Assembly: GCA_951406725.2 (NCBI GenBank)
Contig: OX597817.1
Span: forward strand, 107,260,001 to 107,324,000
DNA from: Octopus vulgaris
Taxonomy: Eukaryota
Direction of reading: 5' to 3'
DNA length: 64,000 nucleotides
This document shows, in pieces, positions 44,541-59,219 of the stretch; the first letter of the stretch is position 1; every line of letters starts with the position of its first letter. The position numbers and the translations under genes are program-made. The notes under the pieces are model-generated. The model worked only from the letters and a program-made list of their open reading frames with translations. It searched no databases and had not been told where the DNA came from.

Positions 44541-46233
44541 TGTATGTATGTATGTATGTATGTATGTATGTATGTATGTATGTATGCATGTATGTATATG
44601 TATATGTATATGTATATATATGTGTGGGTGTGTGTGTGTATATATATACGCATACACACCTGTGTGCGTATGTGTGTGTGTGTGTGCGTGAGCTAATGAT
44701 GAATATCAAGTTTAAAATGTTTATTCATGGATGAATCATTTTATGAATAATATAAATGACAGCTTACTGGGTCTTCATTTTTACTCCTTACTAAAAGAGT
44801 TGTTACTTAGCAACAAGTCAGTCCTTAATTGAGCAGACACTCTGACCAAAAATGTTCCATCCGTGACTAGTTCTTTACCTTTTTCATTCGAGCTTAGTAT
44901 TATATAAGACTACATCATCCATCGTGTTTTGCCAGTGGATAAGGAGATAGCCGGTATCTAAGGACGCTGCACCATTGTTTGATTTTATCAACTCAAAATT
45001 TTCAGATCCCGTTGAATAGACATTTCTTGGGTTAATATGCAATTTAACAGGGGTCAACAAATTAAGTACCAGTTGCGTACTGGAGTCGATCTAATCGACT
45101 TAATCCCATTCCAAACATTTCGGGCCTTGTGCCTTGAGTAGAAAAGAATATGAAATTTAACATCGTAAAAAAGTGTAAGTATATTGTCCACCCACCAAAT
45201 GAAAGGAAACTGAGATTGAAACCAGAAATGTCGACGGTCTTTTACACGCATGTTTATTAGTTGAATGAGTCTTCTCAAAGGTAGAGTTAATTGAGTCTTC
45301 GCAAAGATAGATTTGAATGAGGAACTAGGTCGTTTAGTCCGACTGAATCTGTAAGAACAAAGCCACCACTTCCCGTCGTTTTTTTCTCTACAACTCATTA
45401 ATCGTGCAGGTTAATTACATTGCTCACATGTTATTATGCTGTTTATCATGGGTCGACATGCAAGACACCGAATTCCCTTTTCAACGGTGTTCGTTGCTGC
45501 GGGGTATCTCAGCTGCTACTTCTGGAATACTTAACACATCATTAGAGTGTACTACATATGTGGATGCCTGTGGACGTTGCATAATGAAATAGTTCTTTAT
45601 GATTTTTAATGGAATTGTAGTGTGTAACTTCCTGATTCTATCTCAACTTACTTTCATTTTTAGGGCAATCTAGGGCAATCCCAACCCTTTTTCTACGACG
45701 GTAAACTGCATGTTAACTCATTTCTTGTAACTCCTACTTTGGTTGATTAAATAAATACCAGCGAAATGCTAATTTATTAAGTCGACTATTACACTATTAC
45801 TCGTCTCCTAAAGAATTAGATACATTATTACAGAAAACGATTATACTTTCAGTGAAAATTTACTATACAGTTTTTTTTTCTTTAAAGAGATCATGCTTCC
45901 ATCGACGCCAGAAGCATTTCAGCGAAGAACCTTCACGTTCTAAATTTGGTTTACTGCTTGAAGATTATAGATTTTTATACGGAAAAGTTAAAATGTAGAT
46001 AACTAAATTGGCAGCTCTATCTACATACTTGTTTACCAAACATGCATGTGTGCACGCGCATGTAGCTAGCTACTTCAACATCCTTACCAATTCTTAAATT
46101 GGCTTGTTACATATAAGTAATAATAGACCTCGAATAATAGCAGCGCAGTTAGATGCAGTCATACATATGTGCGCACGCGCACGCACACACACACGCACGC
46201 TCGCTCGCACGCACACACACACACACACACGCA

Positions 46234-46304
<71 letters not shown>

Positions 46305-46487
46305 CGCACGTTCGCACGCACGCATGCATACAAACATACATACACAATCAGATTTTGGCACAGGGTAAGCAAATTCGAACCCAAAACATAAAGACGGACA
46401 AAATGCCGCTAAGCATTTGGTCCGGCGTGCTAACGGTTCTACCAGCTCATCACTTCATACACACACACACGCATAACACACACAATG

Positions 46488-46573
<86 letters not shown>

Positions 46574-46581
46574 AATAATTG

Positions 46582-46958
46582 CACGCATAAGTGAGAGAAC
46601 TAAAAAAGATTGAAAAGCACAGACTACTAAAAGACGAAATTGCAAGAATGTGGACTATGAGGAGACTGTGTCATTCCAGCATTTGTGGGGGCCCTCGGAG
46701 CACTAACAACCAAGTTCGAGAAATATGTTAGAGAAATCGGAATTGATATGAGAGCAGAGAAAGCTCCCAAACTGCTCTGCTGAAACAGGTTAGATTTTGA
46801 GATTGATACTTGAATATTGAATGTCTCCCACGATAATTAACAATCAATTATCAAAGCTTATAATGTGCAGAAAGAGACCCCGTGAGACCTCTGATAGCAG
46901 GCTGATATCCGCTCGCACGGAATCTACCAGAGCATACAAGACCGTGCGCTCTGAGAAG
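46582..46958 (+). mobile_element. R4/Dong-clade non-LTR retrotransposon 3' end (RLE C-terminus plus 3' UTR)
   Basis: RELKKIEKHRLLKDEIARMW..VIPAFVGALGAL..KFEKYVREIGI..TALL; flanked by (AAT)n-type repeats. Confidence 0.75.
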
Positions 46959-46977
46959 TAAAACAATAACAATAATA

Positions 46978-47422
46978 GTTATTTCAAATTTTGGCACTAG
47001 ACCAGCAATTTCAGTGGGAGAAGGTGCACTGATTACATTGATCCCAGTGTTCAACTGTTACCTATTTTATCGATCCCAAAAGGATGAAAGGCAAAGTCGA
47101 CACCGGTGGTATTTGAATCCAGAACGTAAAGACGGACAAAATACCTCTAAGCAATTTGTCTGATGTGCTAACGATGCAGCATTAAGGTCGCCGCATTAAA
47201 GCATTTTGAAATATTGGTTTCAAATTTTGGCATAAGGCCAGTAATGTCGGAGATAAGTCAATTAAATCAACCCCAGTGCTCGACTGGTACTTATGTTATC
47301 GATCCTGAAAGGATGAAAGACAAAGTCGACTTCAGCAGAATTTGAACTTATAACGTAAAGACGGACGAAATACCTCTGAGCATTTTGCTCGGCATGCTAA
47401 TGATTCTACCAGCTCGCCGCTT
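46978..47422 (-). mobile_element. Two tandem SINE family B copies; another piece at 46350-46455
   Basis: Family B motifs; the second copy is flanked by AAGCATTTTGAAATATTG / AAGTATTTTGAAAATATTG. Confidence 0.85.
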
Positions 47423-48224
47423 TGAAGTATTTTGAAAATATTGCATTGAAAAAAATTTTGTTTTATGACGTCAAAAACATTGAATGTTGGATGCACATTA
47501 ATAACATAAAAAAGAAAAGGATTTTTTTTTCGTTTTTATTTGATTTATTTCGAGCGTTTATCAGATCGTAGTGTGTGAAGTATCCGCTTAAAATAAATTC
47601 TATTCGTTGTATTGAGATATTTCTTTTCTCTGAATTGTTTTAGTCTGTTGTTCATTCCTTTCTTTTACACTCACACATGTGCGCGCGCGCATATACATAT
47701 AGAAAGAAATAGAGAGAAAGGGGAAGCAAGAGAGAGAGAGAGAGGGGGGGAGGAGAGAGAGACTGATTGATTGACAGGCTTCGTTATCTCTATCAGCTTT
47801 TCATGGATTATTAGCAAGAGAAGGAAATTAAATCAACTATTATAAGATTCTTCCTCCTTTATGAAAGCTGTGGAAACGGTTCGTCAGTAATTCGCCAGAT
47901 ATCTTCAACAAAACAACATAACTCCATGTTGTCGACTTTCTACTTCCTTTTCTAATGGAAATATGCCAGTTAACGAGATAAAGAGACTAATTTCGGAGAA
48001 TTACTTTCCAGAGATGATTTTTTTTTATCCATATCCATCTTCTGAAATAGTGTGAATATTGAATATTTCGTCGATTTTGTAAATCTTCGAGTTTGAGCTT
48101 TGACCAAGAAATAAGCTTTTCATGTTCATTAATCATTATAGAATATGGGAGGTGTAAATAATTCCAGGAGATTATTTCCATTGATTAAATTTTTCTGGGC
48201 AATATTGTAAAGTTAGTAGACTAT

Positions 48225-48511
48225 TCGGGCCGACCAAAGTCTTATGAGTGGATTTGGTAGACGGAAACTGAAAGAAGCCTGTCGTATATATGTATATATA
48301 TATGTATGTTTGTGTGTCTGTGTTTGTCCCTCTAGCATTGCTTGACAACCGATGCTGGTGTGTTTACGTCGCCGTCACTTAGCGGTTCGGCAAAAGAGAC
48401 CGATAGAATAAGTACTGGGCTTACAAAGAATAAGTTCCAGGGTTGATTTGCTCGACTAAAGGCGGTGCTCCAGCATGGCCGCAGTCAAAATGACTGAAAC
48501 AAGTAAAAGAG
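48225..48511 (+). mobile_element. 5'-truncated SINE family A with AGACTATT target-site duplication
   Basis: High identity to 41660-41953. Confidence 0.9.
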
Positions 48512-49442
48512 ACTATTATACTTTATAAAGTAATTATGTATTTGTGTATATTCAGAAGACGCCGGGAGAAAACAGCCAGTAAAAATAAAAGAGAAAAACA
48601 AAAGATTAAAAGAGGGGGTGGAGAAAAAGGTAAAAATTAAAATACAGAGACCATGAATGGAAATAGTGAACTCATATAATACTTTGGGGTCATAGGAGTA
48701 CTTTTAAATATAGAAAATACTTACCAAATTTATAGTGATACCGCTCATAGCTGTGGATTATTTGTAACATGCGGTATCATCTTAAATTGTAGGATAAGCA
48801 TATGAGGTAATTTCTACGCAGTTTCCTGATGTGTCAGGGACTGAATCATTCAAAAGCTGTGGCAAAGTTTCTCGTTATTTCAGTTTCTTCCAAACTAGCT
48901 GATTTCCCTGAAGTTCAGTGACTTCCTGCTTATTACTGTGAAAAAGCCTGATTTTGTTTAGCTATTTGTTCTGGTTACTGATGCCATGTTAGGAAGTAAC
49001 TCGTTTTGAATAGTTTGATGAATATATTTTGGAATCTTGTAACCCTGCATTATCCGCTTCATGACGATAGAGTAATGTGTCAATATCAGGCTTTTTATTT
49101 CTTGCCCATAGCTATACTCTTGCTCATCATTTACAAATTCTTTATCAGAAATCTCTTGTGGGATCGTTAATTGCAAAACTGAGGACAAAGCAGATAGGTA
49201 GTGCATATTTTCAAGAAACTTACTTCTCGTGGGTTTCATTGATCATGGCTAGTACAGTTTTTGGTAGTCCCTCCATACAGAATCAGCTGTAATATGTAAC
49301 TGTAACTTCTGGTGAATAACCAAATCCCCTTTTGCCCAACAACATGGTTCCGATCAAGAAAACATATCTTAGTGAATATCTGCCCGTATACTGTTTTTCA
49401 TATATTTATTAGCGACAGAGGCAGTATTAATACTAAGAGATA

Positions 49443-49703
49443 ATATTTATCCCCACTTAAATGTCGATGTTCTGTTACAACAAACTAACTATACCATGAA
49501 AGAAACTCGCGTATTTGCATTTGGTGCAAAATGCACTCTTGTTTATATCGCAAGCAGGGAGATGGCTCGGATTTACCCCCCCCCTAGCAATATAAAAAGA
49601 ATGCCTTTTGCATCAAAAAGCCAATATGATAGTTTCTTTCATGGTAAGTACTGCAGCATAGTTTGCTCTCACATAACACCCACGTTTAAGTGGAGATAAA
49701 TAT
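49443..49703. mobile_element. MITE-like segment with about 22-bp inverted repeats
   Basis: ATATTTATCCCCACTTAAATG ... CGTTTAAGTGGAGATAAATAT. Confidence 0.55.
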
Positions 49704-50054
49704 GTTTTTCATACGTACGAAAAACATCATTAATATACAATACACTTCAGTTTCTGACATATTGTGCTGTACTTTTATAATCTATAAAACTCTCGATTGA
49801 AACTCCGATAACTTGAGCTAAATTATGTTTGTGGAAATTTTCTGAATTGTGGTTGAGTGAGTTCATCGCCTTGGTTGTTGCTTTGGTTGCTACTAGTGTC
49901 CTGAATTTACGGAATCGCAATTGTGTTAGAAACATCAATTTCTAAAATTAAGGCTGTCGTTACAAGCGAAATTTTCTCAGTTATTGATCGCAATGCAACT
50001 TGGTTACTTGTTCCATGGTATCTGTCATAGCACGATTATCCATGTCACTATTTG

Positions 50055-50372
50055 CAGCTTGGCTTATTAGTTAGAGTGTTCGGCTCCCGATCTTGCAATC
50101 GTGAGTTCAATTCTCGACAATGCGTTGTGTCCTTGAGCAAGACACTTTATTTCACGTTGCTCCACTCCACTCAGCCGGCAAAAATGCGTAGTATCTGCAC
50201 TTCAAAGAGCCAGCTTTGCCACATTCTGCGTCACACTGAATCTCACTGAGAACTACGTAATGGGTACACATGTCTGCGGAGTGCTCAGCCATATGTACGT
50301 TAATTTCACGAGCAGGCTGTTCCGTTGATCGGATTAACTGGAACCCTTGTCGTCGTAACCGACGGAGTGTCT
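50055..50372 (+). mobile_element. SINE family C, full length
   Basis: tRNA-like head (TAGTTAGAGTGTTCGGCT..GTGAGTTCAATTC), GTCCTTGAGCAAGACAC CORE-like block, family C tail. Confidence 0.88.
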
Positions 50373-52408
50373 GTTGAAATTTGCGGCTTTTGGATATTTT
50401 TAGTTAAATCAAAATGCTCAAACTCTGTAGAAGCTGATACTCAAGAACTTTTGGCTTGTATGTTCAGTTTTTATCTAAAATATTTTCAAACACTCTGAAA
50501 GTTCAAAAGATCATAGAGCAATTTGACTAAACTTGTTAATAGTATAATTAAATTAAAATGACAATTCTAACAAACAACAATAGAAATATTGCAAAATTTT
50601 TGATCGCGAAACTAAAATATTTGATAACGTTTGTTAATCCTTACACAACATTGTCATATCAAAGCTAAGAACAGAAGAGATCTTCCTAAAGCTGAATATG
50701 TTGATACTCTTCGCAACATCTTAATGTAGAACTGCTTTTACATCCCCTTATTCAATACAAGTCAAGATCAAATGACTCACTGATTTCATACTGTTTCGTT
50801 GATAACTCCACAATCTTCTGAGGATGTTAAAAGAACGCTCAAAACAACATAGCCCGGTAGGAATCACGGATAATATTTAAAACGGTGGTTCTAAAGACAA
50901 CAGATGTCAGAAACCTGGTTTCTCTGCCCGAGAAACTAACCGCAGTTAATCATCGTTCTTCTTCAATACATCAGAAGAACCAACTCTTTTGAAGTATTGA
51001 ATGGCTGTGCACAGTTACACTACGTAGAACTGCATCTGTGCACGGCCATTAGGGGGAGAATTCTCCTTTAATGTCATAGGAATAAGTGGTTCCATTTTGT
51101 GTAAGTATTGCCATTATTAGTTTATTCAGTTTAACGCTAAATTAGATAATATTATCTATAAATTTATTTTTGTTGTTGAGTAAATTAACTTTTGCAATAT
51201 ATTTTTCCTTATCCATAATTACGAATGACTTATACATTCTAATGTTTTTTTTTAAACCACGCAGAGCTTTTTTAGTTTCATGTTGAGTATTTGTTAATTG
51301 TTGTATGGTTATCTACTTTTATTATACTCATCTCGAAATAATTCTTCAAGATCACGGTCTTTGTTTATAATGTTTTTATCTCTAAGAGTAGCGCCGTCTG
51401 GGTTCAACTTCTTTTTTCCTGTTTTGGTTGCGTGTGTAAGTTGGCATTGACATTAAGAAGCATAATTTGATCTGATCTATTGTGAGAGTTTGTGGGACTT
51501 ATTTTCCTGTGTGGATGGGTTAAGCGTTTTTCTGCTATAGAGTTTTCTTAGTTTATATATAATATAGCATCTAATTCAGCGTGAAAAATAGATGACCCTA
51601 TATTATCAAGAACTGGGTAATATTGCTTCGCATATGTTTCTTACTTTCTGATTTATTGATCTTTTTTTCTTTTTGCCTTAACAATAGGATTTCCGCTTGT
51701 ATGGTTTCTATATCCTGAATTTCTGTGTTTGTCGTTCAATCAGTTTCATCCGGAATTTTGTCATACATTTTTCTTTTTTTGTTGTTGTTGTTTTATAGTG
51801 CTGCTTCATGTTTGTTAGTAAGCATGAAAAACAGTTTTTTTTATCGGCGTCGTGTATCGAATACACAAACTGTTTTCCAATTGTATTGTTATTTAATATA
51901 TTTTCGTATTTACCAAGAATTTTTCATATTTCTATATTTCGCATTACAACCGAAATATGAGCAAAATCCAGAAAAAAGAATTGTAATTAAATTACACTAG
52001 CAAGCCTTAGAAATTCTGGTGTACCATTATGTATCTATGTAGAACGACAAGAGCTGTTCGCTACAGCCCAAACTACATTCTTAATATTCTCCGGTGTTCG
52101 AGGACAGTTTGCACTCATATCGGATTCTTTTTAACGCTGAACCGGTCAAACTGATTTTTTTTTTATATTCATAACAATATCGAATTCTGACAAAACACTT
52201 CTCAATACAAATGAAAAATACGTTGTGTTTGAGTAACTTAGTCAAAGCTTAAAAAGAAATAAAGGAAAAAGTCTAAATCTCATGAAGATAATGTCTCGAG
52301 TTCTGCTGCTTCACAACTATTATATGCTGCTCAGTGACACTGACTACACTCAAAATTGTGTCATCTATAAAAATCATCTGGTTTTCCTGCCAGTCTCTGT
52401 ATATAGGC

Positions 52409-52486
<78 letters not shown>

Positions 52487-52487
52487 A

Positions 52488-52540
<53 letters not shown>

Positions 52541-52682
52541 ACATGCACATGCATGTACCAATGAAAAAATAAACGCGTATATAATGTTTAAATATACAGA
52601 TCTTGCTAACGCTATACGAGTAATGATAACCAATTTTCCTTATTTGTTATTGTCTGAACAAAATAAGCATATTATAAACATG

Positions 52683-53085
52683 GGCGCAGGAGTGGCTGTG
52701 TGGTAAGTAGCTTGCTTACCAACCACATGGTTCCAGATTCAGTCCCACTGTGTGGCACCTTGTGCAAGTGTCTTCTACTATAGTCTCGGGCCGACCAAAG
52801 CCTTGTGAATGGATTTGGTAGACGGAAACTGAAAAAGCCCGTCGTATATATGTATATACATATGTATGTGAATGTATATGTTTGTGTGTCTGTGTTTGTC
52901 CCCCCAACATCGCTTGCCAACCGATGCTGGTGTGTTTACGTCCCCGTAACTTAGCGGTCCGGCAAAAGAGACCGATAGAATAAGTACTAAGCTTCCAAAG
53001 AAAAAGTTCTGGGTTCGATTTGCTCGACTAAAGGTGGTGCTCCACCATGGCCGCAGTCAAATGACTGAAACAAGTAAAAGAGTAA
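52683..53085 (+). mobile_element. SINE family A, full length
   Basis: High identity to 41557-41953. Confidence 0.9.
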
Positions 53086-55239
53086 GTTAAAAAGAGAACC
53101 TGAGTCTGTCAGCAAATCACTATTAAAGAACTACCATGTGGTCAGTTTTTATCTACAGTGAAGCGTGTATACTGTAAGTAAATTAAAATTCCTAAACAGG
53201 CTTGGCAGATATGTACTTTAAGTTTTCTGTGCTCGGTATATTTTGTGTATTTAATACACTGGAGGCGAAACCCACCTTAAAGAATAGAATAAGTCAGTCT
53301 GATTCTATTCGATTTTTTTTCCAGAGATTTATCCGATTAACTCGGTTTTACTACATCCTGCTCTATCAGAGAAAAGTATTATGAAGAAAAATATTTCTGA
53401 CGGCAGTACAGCATCTTCTTTAACCGAACCAGTCCAGCTGTTGAAGTTTTATCCGTAGTGCTACTCACCATGTTTTAAATAAAGAAATGATTAATATGCG
53501 TATATTAAACGTATATACGTACATACACGCGTGCACACACACATACATGCATGCATGCAAACATATACATGCAAGCATGTACGCACATACAAACATTCTA
53601 CGTACAGAAATTATCTATTTCTGTGTATATAAATTCTTTAACTTAAAGCCGGTGATCCGTTCGCAATGATCAAACGAGCGTCCACTCAAGTATACCCACA
53701 GAAATAACAGCCTAGATTAAGTGAACTCAACAGAATTTCCACTTGAATAACGAAATACACTGCTAGTAATTCTTCAGAATTAAAGTCAAGTACTATGTAG
53801 TTTTCGAGATGATAACTATTTAATCGATAGCGTATGTTGGTCTTGAGAGATTCTTTTGCAAATCAATCTGATGCTCACGTACTGCACTTCACTGCCATCT
53901 TAGTGTCACACATATTGGCATCCGACACAGAATAACGACCACCATTGAGTAAGTAGAATCTAGGTTTTGAGGGAAGGTCGATAATATAATTATAGTCTTT
54001 TTTTTTTTACAGAGTACAAAACCTTCCTACTTTGTTTTTCTTTCTGGCTCAAGATAATTGGTTTTTACAATTCTGATAATTGGTTTGAATAATTTTGAAT
54101 AATTCATAAGTGATAAACTATCGATGGCAAAACTTGTGCCAAGTAGCTGAGTTTTTTGGCTGTTGATATTTTTATTTCATGGAAAAGAAGGATTGGAACT
54201 CCTTGAAATGTTAAATAAATATGATACGTCGGACATATTTAGCGTCACTGAATAAGAACTTTTCAATTAAATCCTAAGATATATCGAAAAGAAAAAAACG
54301 AAGAAAATCTGTTTTCATATACGAGGTTAATTGATTACACTACCCAGTGCTATTGGTTTTTGTGTGATTTTATACCGTTAAAAACAAGTATGATGACAAG
54401 AATCCATTAGAAAAAGTTCATGTTACACATTACTTTGAACGAGCAGCCTTCCAATGCTCTCTGATAGAGTTAGATTGCTAAACTATATATTCTGTATATT
54501 CAAGAATAGAAGAATGTTCAGTTACAATTGTACATGGTAAATTAGGCTTCAAGAGCAGCCTATGTTTAGAAGGTAGTATTCTGATAATGTAATTTGATGT
54601 TCTTTTTGGAAAGCAGTTCTTCTACATCTTTGATTATATCAGGGAGACATGACTTGGCCAAGCAGTAAAACGGCTGACTGACAGAAAATTTTTACAATAT
54701 CGCTTTCTTTTTTGTATCTGTCATTTTTCTAAATTCTTATTCTGACAGGATCAGCCTTACATCGCATGGCTTCTTTTGTATCGATAAATTAAGTACCAAT
54801 AATAAACAGGTTGCACTAAAATCGATTATACGCCCGTGTTTTTAATATTAGTATTGTGCCTAATCAATGATAATCAATATTTGAACGTGAACACTGTACT
54901 ATCATTTCTCAGCTAAATATTATATGATGCAAACATTTTTGTGAATATTTTCTTTTTTAACATCTCTGGTTGAATCGGTTCAGGTCTCTTGCTCGTAATA
55001 TGGTACAAGTGAAACCGAATATAATATCTTTGGCAGTGCGACGGATATCTTAACATACTAATTATATGTTAAAATCTATGTGTAAGCGTAGTTTTATATT
55101 CTTGCACAAGTGAGATAATCGAAGCTTCATAAAAACATTTAACAGGTGACGATATTTAGAAATTTTAGCATTTTAAAAACTACTAATTTTGTTAATAGGG
55201 TTCTGAAAAATGTGGGAAAAACTGAATATATATATATAT

Positions 55240-55280
55240 ACTAGTACTATGACCCGGCAACGCCGGGTCATAGTGCTAGT
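55240..55280. mobile_element. Palindromic Helitron-like terminus
   Basis: ACTAGTACTATGACCCGGC-AAC-GCCGGGTCATAGTGCTAGT; CTAG-T end on both strands. Confidence 0.55.
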
Positions 55281-56097
55281 GCATGCATATACAGCTGCGT
55301 GCGTGAACACATATACGTGAGTACTGTCCAAATCTCCGACCAATCACTTACAGCTAGCTGGCATTCAATTGACATATCAAGTTTTGGGCATTTTGATTGG
55401 GTTTTGGATAGAAAATTAACAAAAAAATTAACAAAAAAAGTCACACACACACACACGTACACACACACACACTCACATACACACATATATACATACATAT
55501 ATTCATGCAAAACTTGTGATTCACTCCTCTGCCATCAAGTTACCCTCTGTTTTGAACTACGTTGTATCAGCAAAAAAATTGATTGTACGTTTAGTTAGTA
55601 AACTATAAAGGATAGCAACACATAATAATGCGTATCAGAAAAAAGGAACATTTCTATTCATAAACATTTCACCCATGTCAATGGAATAATATCAAATTTG
55701 GTGTTAGTTGGACATAGGGGGAGATGGGGTAGCGATCTCAATTGTCACTACTGTCTAAAATGAGTTGAATTCAGGAATGATACAACCAGAACCTTCAAAG
55801 GCATCGGTCATATAATCATAGTATCCAAAACATGTTAATACTATAGATGTAGCATTAAATTTAGAGACGAATACATACATATCAACCATATAATAAACTG
55901 AACTGAAAGATCGTGTGAAAAATTAGGAACTCATTACCACCATAGTTTATAAAAATGTAATTAATAACTTGAAAGAATCTGATATGTCGTAAAAATATTT
56001 TCCTACAAAAAGTTGACTCAATGATAAAAGTTACTTACTTCTAAGTTTTACGGACTACCGATAAGAAAAAGACCCCGTAATATCATATGGTTTAACC

Positions 56098-56125
56098 CAG
56101 GACTGGCCAACCTGAGGCCCGCTTG
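56098..56125 (+). mobile_element. hAT-like terminal inverted repeat remnant; a similar one lies near 60317-60352
   Basis: CAGGACTGGCCAACCTGAGGCCCGC resembles hAT/Charlie-type termini, from recall. Confidence 0.4.
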
Positions 56126-56521
56126 ATACTTTCATGAAATTGGTTTATTTAAACAAACATTTTAAAAAACTTTATCAAAAACTACAGATCGTAATGAAAA
56201 ATAAAAAAGAAAGATATTACTGTTTTTGCAACGAAAATATTTCATGCTGAACCAACGATGATTCAATTATTATTGTAATATAAAGAATGACCCTTCATCA
56301 GTTTTCGGCTGTCTATCTACTCCCCATTTCGAGCAATCAACGACAATATGAGTCTTCAAAGAGAGTTGTTCCCATAAATATCAAAATCAAATTTTGGATT
56401 TAAGGAGGGTCAAAGTTAGGAACAAAAACAGGACAGTGGAGGCATACAGGGAAACTGGACGAAACTAACCTGGAGGGGAAAATAGTGAACGCTGAGAGAA
56501 ATATTTTCTTTGATAAAAGAT

Positions 56522-56584
<63 letters not shown>

Positions 56585-56782
56585 GAGACGTCCAGATCTT
56601 AGAACGTCCGTGCATGAAAAAAAGATCGTCACGTGAGGAAAAGAAATATGGACGATAGCCACCTGTGAGCAATGAGAGAAAAAGAAAAAGAGAAAGAGGG
56701 AGAGAGATAGATAGAAAAAGGTGAAAGAGGGGAAAAAAGGAAATTAGAGAGGATAGGAGAGAAAACAGTATAGACTAGAGTC

Positions 56783-57857
<1,075 letters not shown>

Positions 57858-58059
57858 GAAATATGTTACAAAAAGAAAATGGAAGCTACACATGGAAATG
57901 TAAGGGGAAAGTAAGAAGAAAATAAGAGAAAATGCTCATAGGAAATCAAATAAAGTAAAGGCTTTTTTTGAAAAGTAACGATAGATATATACAATTAGAT
58001 GAACTGAGGTAGGAATAAAAGTAATAAAAGTCATTATTGTGAATTGTTAGAGAGATTCA

Positions 58060-58098
58060 AAAGCATACCGGTTTCGTAAAATTACTGATCACCGCTTT
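58060..58098 (-). ncRNA. Degenerate hammerhead motif in the PLE 3' terminal repeat
   Basis: AAAGCG-GUGAUCA-GUAA(UU)UUAC-GAAA-CCGG-UA-UGCUUU; the core has two substitutions; about 180 bp downstream of the GIY-YIG stop. Confidence 0.6.
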
Positions 58099-58280
58099 GG
58101 ATGCGCACCGATTACCGAACGGTGTCGGGTCAACTAGTCCCTGAGTAAAAAGATTATGTGTAAGGGAGGTAAGTATTTCTAGATTTGGTGCAATTAGCGT
58201 AGATATAACTCTGTAATGTGAATGGTGTATGGGATGCATGGGTAGTATTAATTGAAAGGTTAGTAGTGTTTTGTATTAAG

Positions 58281-58935
58281 TTATGTGTTTATATTGAGTT
58301 GAGGTAGATATTTATTAATGAAAGTTGCCACTTTATTCATTCTTTGTTGTACTGAAATTAGGAAATTAGGATTTAGGTTCCTAGCACACCTTTCTATGTG
58401 TTCACTGACCTGCATCTGTCTGTATTGTGGGTGGCGGATTTGTTCTTTGTGGAGAGTGGTTCTTCGACGGAGTGATATTCCTGTTTGGCCAATATAATGA
58501 TTACCACACCCTAAACATGTAATGGCATAGATTAGCTTTTCCGAGGCACAGGTGACATTTGATTTAATCTTAAATATTTTACCTTGTTTAAAGTGGAACT
58601 CTGAACCCTCCAAAATGTGAGGGCATGTACCACAGTAGGTCGACCACATTTTTTCACTTTTGGTTCCGTTGTTGATGAATGTTTTTCAATGATTTAGGTT
58701 GTATTTTGCTTTTGATAATTTTGTGTGAGTCTAAAATTTTGTTCAGTGAGGATGGGTAGATTTTGGATAGTAATGTTGAAGGCTTCATTGTTTCTAGGGT
58801 TATGTGTGGAGATGTATGGGAGTATTTTTAAGTCTGGTTTAGTATTTCGGTTGACTTCCCTTAATGTTCGTATATCTATTTCCTTAGCTTGTTTAATGAC
58901 ATCATTTATTAATAATATTGGGTAATGTCTTTTTA
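58281..58935 (-). pseudogene. Penelope-like element C-terminus (post-RT region, Cys-rich linker, GIY-YIG endonuclease)
   Basis: KRHYPILLIND..LPYISTHNP; CGTCPHI; TCASEKLIYAITCLGCGNHYIGQTG..RRRTTLHKEQI..VSEH..PQLN. Confidence 0.9.
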
Positions 58936-58953
58936 TTAGTATTGATCTGAGGG

Positions 58954-59035
<82 letters not shown>

Positions 59036-59048
59036 GTGAGGTATGTGA

Positions 59049-59210
59049 GGTGCAGGAGTGGCTGTGTGGTAAGAACCTTGCTTCCCAACTACATGTTTCC
59101 GGGTTCAGTCCCACTGCGTGACACTTTGGGTGAGTGTCTTCTTCTATAGCCCCGAGCCGACCAAAGCTTTGTGTGGATTTGGTTGACGGAAACTGAAAGA
59201 AGCCGTCATA
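59049..59210 (+). mobile_element. SINE family A 5' half
   Basis: GGTGCAGGAGTGGCTGTGTGGTAAG..GGGTTCAGTCCCACTGCG. Confidence 0.85.
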
Positions 59211-59219
59211 TATATATAT

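Noticed and set aside
48958-49239. 93-aa non-repetitive ORF
   Set aside because: No recognisable domain and no consistent splice context
50500-51760. Strand-asymmetric stretch suggestive of a decayed retroelement
   Set aside because: No diagnostic motif could be read
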